Below, piece after piece: positions 53,433-62,654 of a DNA stretch of 64,000 nt. The notes beneath the pieces are model-generated. The model made no database searches and had not been told where the DNA came from. It saw nothing but the letters and a program-made list of their open reading frames with translations. Both the position numbers and the translations under genes were made by a program. Position 1 is the first letter of the stretch. Every line of letters begins with the position of its first letter. Location: contig DATIKM010000012.1 of NCBI GenBank assembly GCA_035477595.1, positions 9,131 through 73,130 on the forward strand, read 5' to 3'. Source of the DNA: Chthonomonadales bacterium. Lineage in GTDB: Bacteria; Armatimonadota; Chthonomonadetes; Chthonomonadales; CAJBBX01.

Positions 53433-54524
53433 TCAGAGATCCGCCAGCCGGACCCGCAGGACCTCCACGCCCTCCTTCTGGCGCGAGACGATCACCTGCA
53501 GCCAGCCATCGTGGACGACCGAGTGCGGGTAGCCGTACTCGCCGCCCTTCGCCCGGCCCGGCCGCGCCATCGAGTAAGGCTCCTCGCCCAGAATGGAGTG
53601 CCGGTTGAAGAGCGCGCCATCCTCCGAGAGCGAGACCACCAGCGGCGTGCGGTTCCCGGCGATCGGGTTGCCCACGTAGTAATATCGGCCGTCCGGCAGG
53701 GGCCCGAGGTGGAACTTGGCGTCGCAATCCGAGACGCTGGTGAGCGCCGGCGCCGACCAGGTCTCACCGTCGTCCCGGCTCTCCGTCACCCAGAGCCGGT
53801 AGGCGAAGCCAGGCCCTGTAGCCCGCAACAGCATCCGCAGCGTGCCGTCCGGCAACTGGATGAACGACCCCTCGCAGAGCGCCGAGGGCCAACCCCGATC
53901 TTTGGCCACATCCCAGAAGGACCGGGGGTCGTCCTTCAGGCCTGCCATGCCCGGCCGGTAGAGCCCGGCCATCTTCCAGCCCGTGAGGCCCGCGCGGTCA
54001 TCCGTGTAGGGGAATGCGATGTTCCCGCTCACGATGAGGCGGCCGGATGCCGTGCGCTGGGGCCCGTGGTTCGGGTTAACGGGTACGCCCAGGTCGATCG
54101 GGTCCGACCAGCGCTCGAGATCGCGCGTGGTGACGGCCCAGAGGCGGGTGCCCTGCTTCTCCGGCCCGTAGTCGCCGTAGTAGGCGACGAGGACACCGGC
54201 ATGCTGGTGGAACCCCGCCGCCGTCAGCACGCGCTCCCGCCCGTCGGCGTCGCGGGCCGGCGCCGCGAGCGCCTCCGGCTCGCTCCACAGCCGGAAATCG
54301 CCCGACGTGGAGATCAGCACCCGCTGGCCGGGCGCGTCCTCGTCCTTCCGGCCGTTGGACCAGATCGCCACCCAGCGCCCCTCGTAGAAGGCAAGGTGCG
54401 CGTGGTGGGAGAAGGTCCACTCCGCGGACGGGCTGTAGAGGAGCGCTCGCTCGACCGGGGGACGGCGCACATCTGGCCAGAGCGCGGGCTTGCCGTCGAT
54501 CCATACAGGGCAGTTAGTGATCAT
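53433..54524 (-). CDS. BNR/Asp-box repeat protein, exo-alpha-sialidase (GH33)-like beta-propeller
   Basis: The Asp-box is SRDDGETWSAP. Propeller-like repeats are present. The RBS GGAGGGAG lies upstream of the ATG at 54524. Confidence 0.7.
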   Translation of the reverse strand: MITNCPVWIDGKPALWPDVRRPPVERALLYSPSAEWTFSHHAHLAFYEGRWVAIWSNGRKDEDAPGQRVLISTSGDFRLWSEPEALAAPARDADGRERVLTAAGFHQHAGVLVAYYGDYGPEKQGTRLWAVTTRDLERWSDPIDLGVPVNPNHGPQRTASGRLIVSGNIAFPYTDDRAGLTGWKMAGLYRPGMAGLKDDPRSFWDVAKDRGWPSALCEGSFIQLPDGTLRMLLRATGPGFAYRLWVTESRDDGETWSAPALTSVSDCDAKFHLGPLPDGRYYYVGNPIAGNRTPLVVSLSEDGALFNRHSILGEEPYSMARPGRAKGGEYGYPHSVVHDGWLQVIVSRQKEGVEVLRVRLADL

Positions 54525-54647
54525 GGACTCCCTCCGACCGCTCTCTACGGTGCGCCGGGCGCCGATCCCTGCCAGCAGCGCGGGTAACATGGTGCGGGCA
54601 TCCGTCTTGTCGTGGCCAGCACCGGCCCCCGGAAGGAGCTTGTCCCC

Positions 54648-55478
54648 ATGCCAGACGCGTTCGCAGGGATCGAGATCGTCCGTCCCGCCGCGCCCAGGGG
54701 CCGCGTGCGGTTTGCCCTCTTCGACTTCGACGGCACGCTCTCGCTCATCCGTGAGGGCTGGCAGGGCGTGATGATCCCCTACTTCGTCGAGGAGATGCTC
54801 GCCTGCCCGCGAGCTGAGGCGCGCGAGGAGGTCGAGCGGGTGGTGCGCGACTTCGTGGAGCGCCTCACCGGCAAGCAGACGGTCTACCAGTGCATCCAAC
54901 TCGCCGAGGAGGTTTCGGCGCGCGGCGGACCGCCCCGCGAGCCGCTGGAGTACAAGCACGAGTACCTGCGGAGGCTCTGGGAGCGCATCGCGCACCGGGT
55001 CGAGGGCCTCAAGTCTGGCGCCATCGACCCGGAGACGATGCTGGTGCGCGGGTCCCGCGCCCTGCTGGACGCGCTGGCCGAGCGCGACGCGACCATGTAC
55101 GTCGCGAGCGGGACCGACCATCCCTACGTGGTGGACGAGGCCGCCGCCCTCCGTATCGACGGGTACTTCGGTCCCCGCATCTACGGCGCGCTCGACGACT
55201 ACCGCAGCATCTCCAAGCAGATCATCATCGAGCGGATTCTGCGAGAGCACGACCTCCACGGAGCCAACCTGGCGGTGATCGGCGACGGCTACGTGGAGAT
55301 CGAGAACGCGAAGAGTGTGGGCGGGTTGGCGATCGGTGTCGCGTCGGACGAGGCGAACCCGGGCGGCCTCGACGAGTGGAAGCGCCGACGGCTCATCGCA
55401 GCCGGCGCCGACGCGATTGTGCGCGACTACGCGGAACTGCCCTCGCTGCTACGCTACCTGTTCGGCTCCGGCGCCTGA
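54648..55478 (+). CDS. HAD-superfamily hydrolase
   Basis: Motif I is FALFDFDGTLS, with a later SGTD and GDGYVE (motifs II-IV). The RBS GGAAGGAG lies 10 nt upstream. Confidence 0.8.
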   Translation: MPDAFAGIEIVRPAAPRGRVRFALFDFDGTLSLIREGWQGVMIPYFVEEMLACPRAEAREEVERVVRDFVERLTGKQTVYQCIQLAEEVSARGGPPREPLEYKHEYLRRLWERIAHRVEGLKSGAIDPETMLVRGSRALLDALAERDATMYVASGTDHPYVVDEAAALRIDGYFGPRIYGALDDYRSISKQIIIERILREHDLHGANLAVIGDGYVEIENAKSVGGLAIGVASDEANPGGLDEWKRRRLIAAGADAIVRDYAELPSLLRYLFGSGA

Positions 55479-55485
55479 CCCCCGC

Positions 55486-56310
55486 TCAGAACACCGTCTG
55501 CCGGATGCCGAGCGATGCCGCGATGCTGCGGATCTCCTCCGCCGAGAGCCCGTCCGCCAGCCCGTGGTTCGTGAGGTCCAGGTACTCGTACTTCGCCCCG
55601 GTCTCGGCGTACTCAATCCGGTCCACACAGCGCTTCACCGAGGTGTCGGACTTCGCCATCACGCCGTGTTTGGCCCACAGCACGACGCGGTGCTCCCGCA
55701 TTTTCCTGAGCGTCGCCTCCATCAGTTCTGGCGAGCCCGGCAGCAGGAAGGGCACATACCCCACGCCCTCCGGCAGATTGACGATGGACTCGGGCTGCCA
55801 GCGCAGGATGTGCCGGTTCAGGTAGAACTGGTCCTGGTAGCGGCCGATGTGGCTCAAGTAGGTGAGGTACATCGGCTGGGCGTGGATCAGCGCGTGGAAG
55901 TTGTAGCGGTTGCCAGCGATCTGGTCGCGGTGCACCGCGAGGTGCGAGTTGAACTCGCTCGTGAGCCGCTCGAATAGTCGGCGCGACGACGTGAACAGCG
56001 TCGCCGCCGCGCCCCCCTCTCCCACGACCACCAGACCAAGGTTCGCCGCAGGGTCTGCCGCGATCTCGCGCAGCCTGCGGCCGGAGCCCGTTATAAGGAG
56101 TCGCATGCCAGAGAGCTCGGGAACCGGCACTGGGAGCTCCAGCGGGCTCTCCAGCGGGAACTCGCGCCGGTGGTCGGCCTCCCACGCGAAGCATACCGAG
56201 ATGTTGCCCGCGGCGCCCTCGCTGGCCTCTATCTCGGCGAGCCGGCGGCCGGCCTCGCCGACCAGGGTCATCAGCTCCTCGACATCGGGATACGGGGGCG
56301 CCACGGGCAT
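55486..56310 (-). CDS. rhaD: Rhamnulose-1-phosphate aldolase (class II aldolase/adducin family)
   Basis: The pattern GAAGNISV...LLITGSGRRLREIAADPAANLGLVVV...TSEFNSHL...HALIHAQP...LPEGVGYVPFLLPGS...LWAKHGV closely parallels E. coli RhaD ([26 protein letters not shown]...). Confidence 0.8.
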   Translation of the reverse strand: MPVAPPYPDVEELMTLVGEAGRRLAEIEASEGAAGNISVCFAWEADHRREFPLESPLELPVPVPELSGMRLLITGSGRRLREIAADPAANLGLVVVGEGGAAATLFTSSRRLFERLTSEFNSHLAVHRDQIAGNRYNFHALIHAQPMYLTYLSHIGRYQDQFYLNRHILRWQPESIVNLPEGVGYVPFLLPGSPELMEATLRKMREHRVVLWAKHGVMAKSDTSVKRCVDRIEYAETGAKYEYLDLTNHGLADGLSAEEIRSIAASLGIRQTVF

Positions 56311-56338
56311 GGGCTCGGCTCTCCTTGTGCGCCTCCGC

Positions 56339-57631
56339 TCAGAACTCAGTGCCGCTGGTGAAGGCGAAGCTCTCGACCTTCATGGGAGGTACGCAGGCGC
56401 CGTAGTAGTCGCCGCACACCTCTGGCCGCCCGAGCGCGACCACGCGGTTCAGGGCGCGGAGCGGGCTCTCGTTGAAGCGCATGTTCTTGAGCCCGCCGCA
56501 GATGCGCCCATCGCGGATGCGGAACAGGCCGTCGCGCGTCATGCCGGTGAGCAGCAGCTTCATCGGGTCCACGAACCGGATGTACCAGAAGCGGGTCACC
56601 AGGATGCCGTCCCCGGTCGAGGCGACGAGGTCTTCCAGCGACGCGTCCCCGCCCGGTATGAGCAGGTTCACTGGCGTGCCTGTGTAGGGTCGGCCCGTCT
56701 TCGCTGCCCAGAACCGCGTGTGCGCCAGGTTCTCCAGGACGCCGTTCCGCACCCAGGCGACGTCGGGGGTCGGCATGCCATCGGATGCGAACGGCAGGCC
56801 CGGACGCTCGGCGTGCGCGGCGCGGCTCTCGATTGTGATGTTCTCGCCTACGATCCGCTGGCCCAGTCTGCCGGAGAAGGCGCTGCGGCCCTCGTCCGCA
56901 GCCTTGGCGTCCAGGCTCCACAGCATGAACGCGAGGAACTCCGCGACCGCCGCGGGCTCCAGGATCACAGTGTAGTTGCCGGGCTCGATGGCCTCTGGCG
57001 CGCGCGCGGCAGCGGCCTTGGCGGCAGCCCGCTCCGCCGCCGCCTTCGGGTCGATCCCCGAGCGCTTCCACGAGGTGTGCTCCGCCCAGCCGCTGCTATC
57101 CGGGCCGATCGCGGTGCAGACCAGCCTCGCACTCGTGCCCTCGTGCCATGCCCGGTGCCCCCGCGAGTTGGCGAAGGCGACCCAGCCGCAGTCCGTGGCA
57201 TAGCTGCCTGCGGCCGTCAGGTCCGCCGACGCGACGCGCTCGATGGCGGCCCGAACCACGTCCGCCCGGTCGTCGGGCGAGGCGGACGCCACGGCGGCAT
57301 CGCTGGCGGTCACGTGCGGCATCGCGCAGGGCTCTATGGGCGGCATGCGCTCACCGTCTGGCTCGGCCACGCGCGCGATGCCCTCCGCCTTGCGGACCGC
57401 CGCCTCCACTGCCTCGGGCTCGAGCCGGTTCACGCGGACGGAGCCGACGCGCTGCCCGAACGCCGACCGGACGGTCAGAACCGCATCGGTTCGCGCGATG
57501 TTCTGCGTGATGGCGCTGTTGGCGTAGCGCGTGGTACCCTCGGCGGTACCCGCAAGCATGAGCTCCGTGTGATCGGCGGTTGCGTGCCCAAGCGCCCTCT
57601 CAAGCAGCCCGTGCGCCTCGTTCTCGGTCAT
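56339..57631 (-). CDS. TldD/PmbA-family metallopeptidase-like protein
   Basis: The pattern LLERALGHATADHTELML...TTRYANSAITQN...SVRVNRL...GDGILVTRFWY...GLFRIRDGRI matches the TldD/PmbA pattern. Confidence 0.85.
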   Translation of the reverse strand: MTENEAHGLLERALGHATADHTELMLAGTAEGTTRYANSAITQNIARTDAVLTVRSAFGQRVGSVRVNRLEPEAVEAAVRKAEGIARVAEPDGERMPPIEPCAMPHVTASDAAVASASPDDRADVVRAAIERVASADLTAAGSYATDCGWVAFANSRGHRAWHEGTSARLVCTAIGPDSSGWAEHTSWKRSGIDPKAAAERAAAKAAAARAPEAIEPGNYTVILEPAAVAEFLAFMLWSLDAKAADEGRSAFSGRLGQRIVGENITIESRAAHAERPGLPFASDGMPTPDVAWVRNGVLENLAHTRFWAAKTGRPYTGTPVNLLIPGGDASLEDLVASTGDGILVTRFWYIRFVDPMKLLLTGMTRDGLFRIRDGRICGGLKNMRFNESPLRALNRVVALGRPEVCGDYYGACVPPMKVESFAFTSGTEF

Positions 57632-57924
57632 GCGCTCTCCCCTGTCGGTCTGGACGCGCTACGTGGTGCGTCTCCTCCGTTGCGGCCCTCCTCGATGTCG
57701 GCTGCCCCCCCGACCCGTATGCGGGAGCGGCACTCCCCATAGACCGGAGCGATGTGGGCCGAGTCCGGGCGGTACCGGTCGTCACTGACGAACTGGAACG
57801 CGCCCGTCAGGCGACTGAACCGCCGCAGCTCCGACACCTCCTGCGGTGCCTTCGGCACGATGCTCAGCACCACCGCTGTCCGGCGGCCGGCGTTGCCAAG
57901 GACGGCGGACTCGCCCGTCCGCAT
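57628..57924 (-). CDS. Small ORF (98 aa) translationally coupled (ATGA) to the PmbA/TldD-like gene; possibly a decayed C-terminal remnant of the partner TldD gene
   Basis: GC3 is high over about 75 codons. The segment IVPKAPQEVSEL..RLTGAFQFVSDDRY resembles the TldD segment MLPGKSTPQEIIESV...TSGKFVFSTSEAY. The tail is low-complexity. Confidence 0.4.
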   Translation of the reverse strand: MRTGESAVLGNAGRRTAVVLSIVPKAPQEVSELRRFSRLTGAFQFVSDDRYRPDSAHIAPVYGECRSRIRVGGAADIEEGRNGGDAPRSASRPTGESA

Positions 57925-57941
57925 CCCCTCGAAGTGCGGCC

Positions 57942-58430
57942 TCACGCCATCGCCTCCGGCCCGCGCAGCATGTCGGTGTAGATGCCAGGCTCGCTCCCCG
58001 CGATCGGCTCGGCGCCGACCGCCCGCGCGTAGAACGCGGTCGGTCCCGCGCCGCCGATGATCCCGTACACGTAGCCGAGATCGCGGAGGCCCCACAGGCA
58101 CGCCAGAAGCAGGACGCCGCCGATGCCCCGCCCCCGCTCCTCCTCGGCGACCCCCGTCGGGCCAAAGAACGCCCGCCGCGTGCACTCGTAGGCGCCGAAC
58201 CCCACGATCCGCCCATCTCGCAGCGCGAGATACACGCTCACCGGCTTGTTGGCCAGACCCACGCTCACCTCGTCGGCCCAGCTTGGGCCGAACCGCTTGT
58301 GGACCCATGCGCGCACCGGGGTTAGCTCGAAGGGATTGGCGCGGCGAATCACCACGCCGTGCTCCGCCATGGATGCCAGCGCGCCATCGACCGGCGGGAG
58401 CTTCAGCAGGTGCACCAGCATGTCGGGCAA
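57942..58430 (-). CDS. GNAT-family N-acetyltransferase
   Basis: The acetyl-CoA site is VAEEERGRGIGGVLLLACL (R/Q-x-x-G-x-G/A). The TTG start at 58430 has GGAG 8 nt upstream. An alternative ATG lies at 58421. Confidence 0.8.
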   Translation of the reverse strand: MPDMLVHLLKLPPVDGALASMAEHGVVIRRANPFELTPVRAWVHKRFGPSWADEVSVGLANKPVSVYLALRDGRIVGFGAYECTRRAFFGPTGVAEEERGRGIGGVLLLACLWGLRDLGYVYGIIGGAGPTAFYARAVGAEPIAGSEPGIYTDMLRGPEAMA

Positions 58431-58602
58431 GGGCAGGCTCCGTTGCAGCCGAGATCACGGCTTCTTACGGCAGGCGCGTCGCCGATCCCTGCGGCGCGGT
58501 CGTCCGTTCCCGCGCACTCGGCCTCCAGCGGCCCGGCCGCTCCCGGTTCAAGGCCGGAGAGGCGCGCCCGCCGCCGGCGCATTCCCCTCGCGGCCTGCCC
58601 AC

Positions 58603-61248
58603 TCAGGCGGCGCCATCCTCGGTCCAGCGCACCGTCACGACTCGGCGCGTCGGCGCGCCCGCCACCCGGCCGCCCGGAGCGGCCTCCAGCACCGTCTCGT
58701 CGAGCCGCGCAGCGTCGCAGCGCTCCAAGCCCAGTGCGTTGCCGAACGCGGCGTCGACCGCGTCGCTCCCGAGGTTCACCGCGCGCATCACCAGCGCCTC
58801 GCCGTCCTCCGAGCGCTTGACCGCCGTCGGCATCATGCACTCCGGCGCCACGGAGAGGAAGCTCACCGGCGCGCTGAGCGTGCCTGCGTGCATGTCCGTG
58901 GTCACGGCTCGCAGCGGGCTTGCGAACGCATGGGCCTCGCGCCACGCCTCCGACGCCAGCCAGTCGCCCTCGTGAGGCATCACTGCCAGATCAAACCGCC
59001 ACTCGCCCTGCATCTGGCCCTGCTGCTGGCCGTCGGGAGCGCCCACGCCGTTCCCCGTGGCACGCAGCAGCGTGACCGCCACCGTCCTTGCCGAGTCGTC
59101 CACCACTTCGACCTCGGGCAGGCCCCGGTTCATCACGCAGAGCCCGCGCGAGCCGTCGCTCACGTCGGCGAACGCCTTCTGCGGGGCCGTCGCGGGCTGA
59201 GGCTCGCGCCACCCGACGCACTCCGGCACCTTGATGGGGCGCGTCACCACATCGTACGCCTGCTCAGCCTGATACGCGATCGCCCCGCCGCACCCACTCG
59301 GGAAGAGTACGCGCAGGCGGTGGTCGCGCGCCGTGTTGTGCACCTCGATCTCGAACTCCACACGTCGCGCCTCGCGCGCGAGCCGGATCGTGGCGTCCAC
59401 CAGCAGTGCGGCTGTCTCGACGCTCCGGCCGTCGCCTTCCCGGCGCGCGGGCACCCGCCAGCGCATCGCAACCCGCAGCACCGCGCTCGGCCCGGCGATG
59501 TCGGCGGACACCTCGGACTCCTCGGCGCCGGTGGAGAGCAGCACGCGGTCGTTCTGGGGCCGGACGTAGTTGTAGCCGTCGCCGAAGTCGCCGCCGTTCT
59601 CGAACACCATACAGCCCTCGTAGCGACGCCCGGTAGCCAGCTCTTCGATGGTGAGCGCGCCGTCCGGCGCCGCCTCGACGCGAAGGTGCTGGTTGCGCAC
59701 CCAGTTCGGGCCACAGGCAAGCCCGTCGCCTGCCACCCGCTGGCCTCCCGGGATGACGGAGTAGGTCGCGCAGCCGAACGCCGGCGCCTCCGCCACGAAC
59801 CGGACCCGCCACCGCCGCCTGTGCTGGCCCACCGGGATGTCGTGGGGCGCCTGCGTGAGCGTGTGGTAGTCCGGAAGCGGCTCGATCTCGGAAGGAATGG
59901 GCGCGCCGTCGCCTCCCGCGATGGCGATGGAGACCGGAGCGCCCACCGCCGGCAGGTCTACCACCGCGTCTAGGGGGTCGCGGCGCGCCCATCCAAGCGG
60001 GTTGAACACCACGAGGGAGGCCACGGCGCCTTCCGCCGCACCCGCCGACGTATCGATCCGCGCGGCGACGTGGGCCATCGCGTCCGCCGCGAGCACCTCG
60101 CCGATCTGCGCGCACTGCTCGAAGCGAGGCTCCATCTCGCGGTGCACCTGATCGATGGAGCACCCGCAGATGGAGTCGTGTGGCTGATTCAGCATCAGCA
60201 GCTTCCAGGCCTGGCGCAGGAAGTGGTCGGGGTACGGCCGGCCCAGGCGCCACGCGACAGCGCTCCACGGCTCCGCCCAGCGCTCGAGGAGGTCCTCGCA
60301 GCGCGCATTCCACTGCTTCAGGTGGATGCGCGACGATGCCACGTGGGTCAGGAGCGCCTGGAGGTTCCAGGCCCGGTTGCTGATGCGCAGCTCGCCCGTC
60401 ACCGTCTCCAGATCCGGTGCGGCGGCCCGCATCGCATCGAGGAACATCGGCAGGGCGGCGTGGCGGGCCGCGACGCGGTCGCCCAGCCGCCGGTTCACCA
60501 CCTCGATGATGCGGGGCGTGCGGGGCTGCGCGTAGATGTGGTCGACCCCATCCATCCACAGCAGGTTGCTGGTTGTGGGCCGCTCGGCGATGCAGTCCTC
60601 CAGAAGCTCCGTCGCCTCGCGGACGACGCGCTCCTCGTCGAGAGGTATGCCGCGGTCCTCATCGGCGAGCGTCTCTCGCAGGCGGTAGAAGAAGTTGCTG
60701 TAGGCCCGGTGGTCGGGCATCTTTACGCAGAGCACCGACGTGCCATCGGGCGCCGCCCACCGGAACTCCGAGGCCACCTGATCGGTGGTGATGCCACGGA
60801 ACAGGACCGCGTTGTCGATGCCGAACCCCTGCAGAATCTGCGGCAACTGACTGATGTGCCCGAACGCGTCAGGCGCATAGCCGACGCTTGCTCCGGTGCC
60901 CCACTCCTCGCACATCCGGCGTCCGGCGAAGAGGTTGCGCACGAACGACTCCCCGCTCACGAGGAACTCGTCCGGCTGGATGAACCACGGGCCGGTGACG
61001 AGGGCGCCGGACCTGAAGTGCCGGCGCAGCCGGTCGGCGTTCTCCGGCCGCACTTCGAGATAGTCCTCGATGACCACCGTCTGCCCATCCCAGTAGAAGT
61101 GCCGGTACCCCGGATCCGTCTCCAGCAGCTCGAGCAGCGCGTCCGTCAGGTCAACGAGACGCATGCGGAAGACCTGGAAGGTGCGGTACCACTCACGGTC
61201 CCAGTGCGTGTGCGAGACGACATAGGCAATGTAGGGCTCGGCTGGCAT
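58603..61248 (-). CDS. GH38 alpha-mannosidase (cytosolic/mannosylglycerate-hydrolase-like)
   Basis: The GH38 N-terminal signature is present (YVVSHTHWDREWYRTFQVFR...GPWFIQPDEFLVSGES...GYAPDAFGHISQLPQIL). The RBS GGAGG lies 6 nt upstream of the ATG at 61248. Confidence 0.9.
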   Translation of the reverse strand: MPAEPYIAYVVSHTHWDREWYRTFQVFRMRLVDLTDALLELLETDPGYRHFYWDGQTVVIEDYLEVRPENADRLRRHFRSGALVTGPWFIQPDEFLVSGESFVRNLFAGRRMCEEWGTGASVGYAPDAFGHISQLPQILQGFGIDNAVLFRGITTDQVASEFRWAAPDGTSVLCVKMPDHRAYSNFFYRLRETLADEDRGIPLDEERVVREATELLEDCIAERPTTSNLLWMDGVDHIYAQPRTPRIIEVVNRRLGDRVAARHAALPMFLDAMRAAAPDLETVTGELRISNRAWNLQALLTHVASSRIHLKQWNARCEDLLERWAEPWSAVAWRLGRPYPDHFLRQAWKLLMLNQPHDSICGCSIDQVHREMEPRFEQCAQIGEVLAADAMAHVAARIDTSAGAAEGAVASLVVFNPLGWARRDPLDAVVDLPAVGAPVSIAIAGGDGAPIPSEIEPLPDYHTLTQAPHDIPVGQHRRRWRVRFVAEAPAFGCATYSVIPGGQRVAGDGLACGPNWVRNQHLRVEAAPDGALTIEELATGRRYEGCMVFENGGDFGDGYNYVRPQNDRVLLSTGAEESEVSADIAGPSAVLRVAMRWRVPARREGDGRSVETAALLVDATIRLAREARRVEFEIEVHNTARDHRLRVLFPSGCGGAIAYQAEQAYDVVTRPIKVPECVGWREPQPATAPQKAFADVSDGSRGLCVMNRGLPEVEVVDDSARTVAVTLLRATGNGVGAPDGQQQGQMQGEWRFDLAVMPHEGDWLASEAWREAHAFASPLRAVTTDMHAGTLSAPVSFLSVAPECMMPTAVKRSEDGEALVMRAVNLGSDAVDAAFGNALGLERCDAARLDETVLEAAPGGRVAGAPTRRVVTVRWTEDGAA

Positions 61249-61491
61249 GACGGCCTCCGGGAGGGGATTGGGGCGCGCCGGGGTTCGCCCGCCCGGTGCG
61301 CGAATCCTGCCGAGTGCGCGGAGGGCGCCCCGGAGCCGCGCCCTCCCCGGTCGCCGGCGCGTACGGGAACGAGGCGCGCAGAGGAACCAGGCGGATGGAG
61401 GTCTGTCCCGCGGCAACCGCGCGAACAGCCGGGAGTGGCAGTCGGACGCGCTCCTGCCCCGTTGAGCGACGCCCGAGAGGCCCGAGACGCA

Positions 61492-61534
61492 GCCGCGGGG
61501 CGGCCACCCACACGTCGGGCGGCCGCCCCGCGGC
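61492..61534 (-). terminator. 14-15-bp GC hairpin (15-nt loop) about 60 nt downstream of the ExeA-like gene
   Basis: The arms 61492-61505 and 61521-61534 are perfectly complementary (checked base by base). Confidence 0.35.
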
Positions 61535-61595
61535 TACTTGACTCTGCGCACAGACTCGAGGCCCTTGATCTCCCGCGACGCCCTATGGCAGACCG

Positions 61596-62537
61596 CTACA
61601 CCGCCTTGGCGTACGCGGCCATCTGCTGCAGCGTGCCCGCGGCAGCCCGGCTGATCGAGCGGAGCGGAGCGCGGGCGGCCGCGTCGGTCTCGCCGAAATC
61701 CAGCACGTAGTCGTTACGACCGGCGAGACTCAGGAGCGCCTGTCCGACGTGCTCGAGATCGACCCGCTGCGCGTCGCGCAGGAAGGCCTCCTTCATTGCA
61801 GCCTCGGCGACCACCACGAAGTCTCGCGGCACGCCGTTGCTGTGCTCGTAGACGGCGCGCACGGCCCTCGATGAGTAGATCTTGAAGGGGTCGTACGCGC
61901 CCGCCATCTCCAACCGGTGCAGCAGCATCGCGTCGCACTCGTCGTAGCTGAGCGGGTGCAACGTGGACGCCGAAGCGATCCGGCTACGGAGCGCCGGGAA
62001 GTTGCGGAGCCTGCGGTCCACGTTGGTCTGCCCCACCATCACGATCTGCATCAGTATCCGATCGCGCGTCTGTAGGTTGATGACGTCTCGGATGACGGGG
62101 AACGCCCGGGACGCAATGGACTGCGCCTCGTCAATGAACAGCACCACATTGTGGCTGCGATCGATCACCGTCCAAAGGAGCCAGTTCTCCAGTTGGGTGA
62201 CCATCTTGCGGGTGCTGGCCTCAGGCCTGATGCCGAACGCGCTGAGCACCTCGCCGATCAGGGCGCGGGGGCCGCCGATGCTGCCGGTGTTCTGCAGCTT
62301 GGCGCAGTGCCAGCCGAACTGCTTCGGCCACACAGTCATCAGGTACTCGATGAGCGACGACTTGCCCATTCCCACGTCGGCCCGCCACAAAACGAGGCCC
62401 GCGTGCTCCTCGATCGCCCACCGGGTCTTAAGGATCGTCTCTTTATGTTGAGCCGACAGATACAGCCACCGCGGGTTCTGGCACCGCGCGAAAGGCGTCT
62501 CGGTCAGGCCGAAGTGCTTCGCGTACTCGCTAGGCAT
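61596..62537 (-). CDS. ExeA/GspA-like AAA+ ATPase (AAA_22 type), ATPase-only form
   Basis: The N-terminal motif is HFGLTETPF. Walker A is DVGMGKSS and Walker B is VVLFIDEAQ. The C-terminus has HRL..AG...F...AV..V...S.G.PRD. The RBS GGAGGAG lies 7 nt upstream of the ATG at 62537. Confidence 0.75.
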   Translation of the reverse strand: MPSEYAKHFGLTETPFARCQNPRWLYLSAQHKETILKTRWAIEEHAGLVLWRADVGMGKSSLIEYLMTVWPKQFGWHCAKLQNTGSIGGPRALIGEVLSAFGIRPEASTRKMVTQLENWLLWTVIDRSHNVVLFIDEAQSIASRAFPVIRDVINLQTRDRILMQIVMVGQTNVDRRLRNFPALRSRIASASTLHPLSYDECDAMLLHRLEMAGAYDPFKIYSSRAVRAVYEHSNGVPRDFVVVAEAAMKEAFLRDAQRVDLEHVGQALLSLAGRNDYVLDFGETDAAARAPLRSISRAAAGTLQQMAAYAKAV

Positions 62538-62654
62538 CGCGTACTCCTCCAGGGCTTCTCCACCCGTTCCTTCTAGTTCCACCATGCCCGGAAGGGTACT
62601 GACGGTACTCGTGCGGGGATTCCCGACCGCCTCCCACGCCCCGCGGTGCGGCGC

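Noticed and set aside
53433-55259. 608-aa minus-strand ORF
   Set aside because: The upstream 245 codons are antisense to the HAD hydrolase gene and lack motifs. The real BNR/sialidase-like gene starts at the RBS-preceded ATG at 54524.
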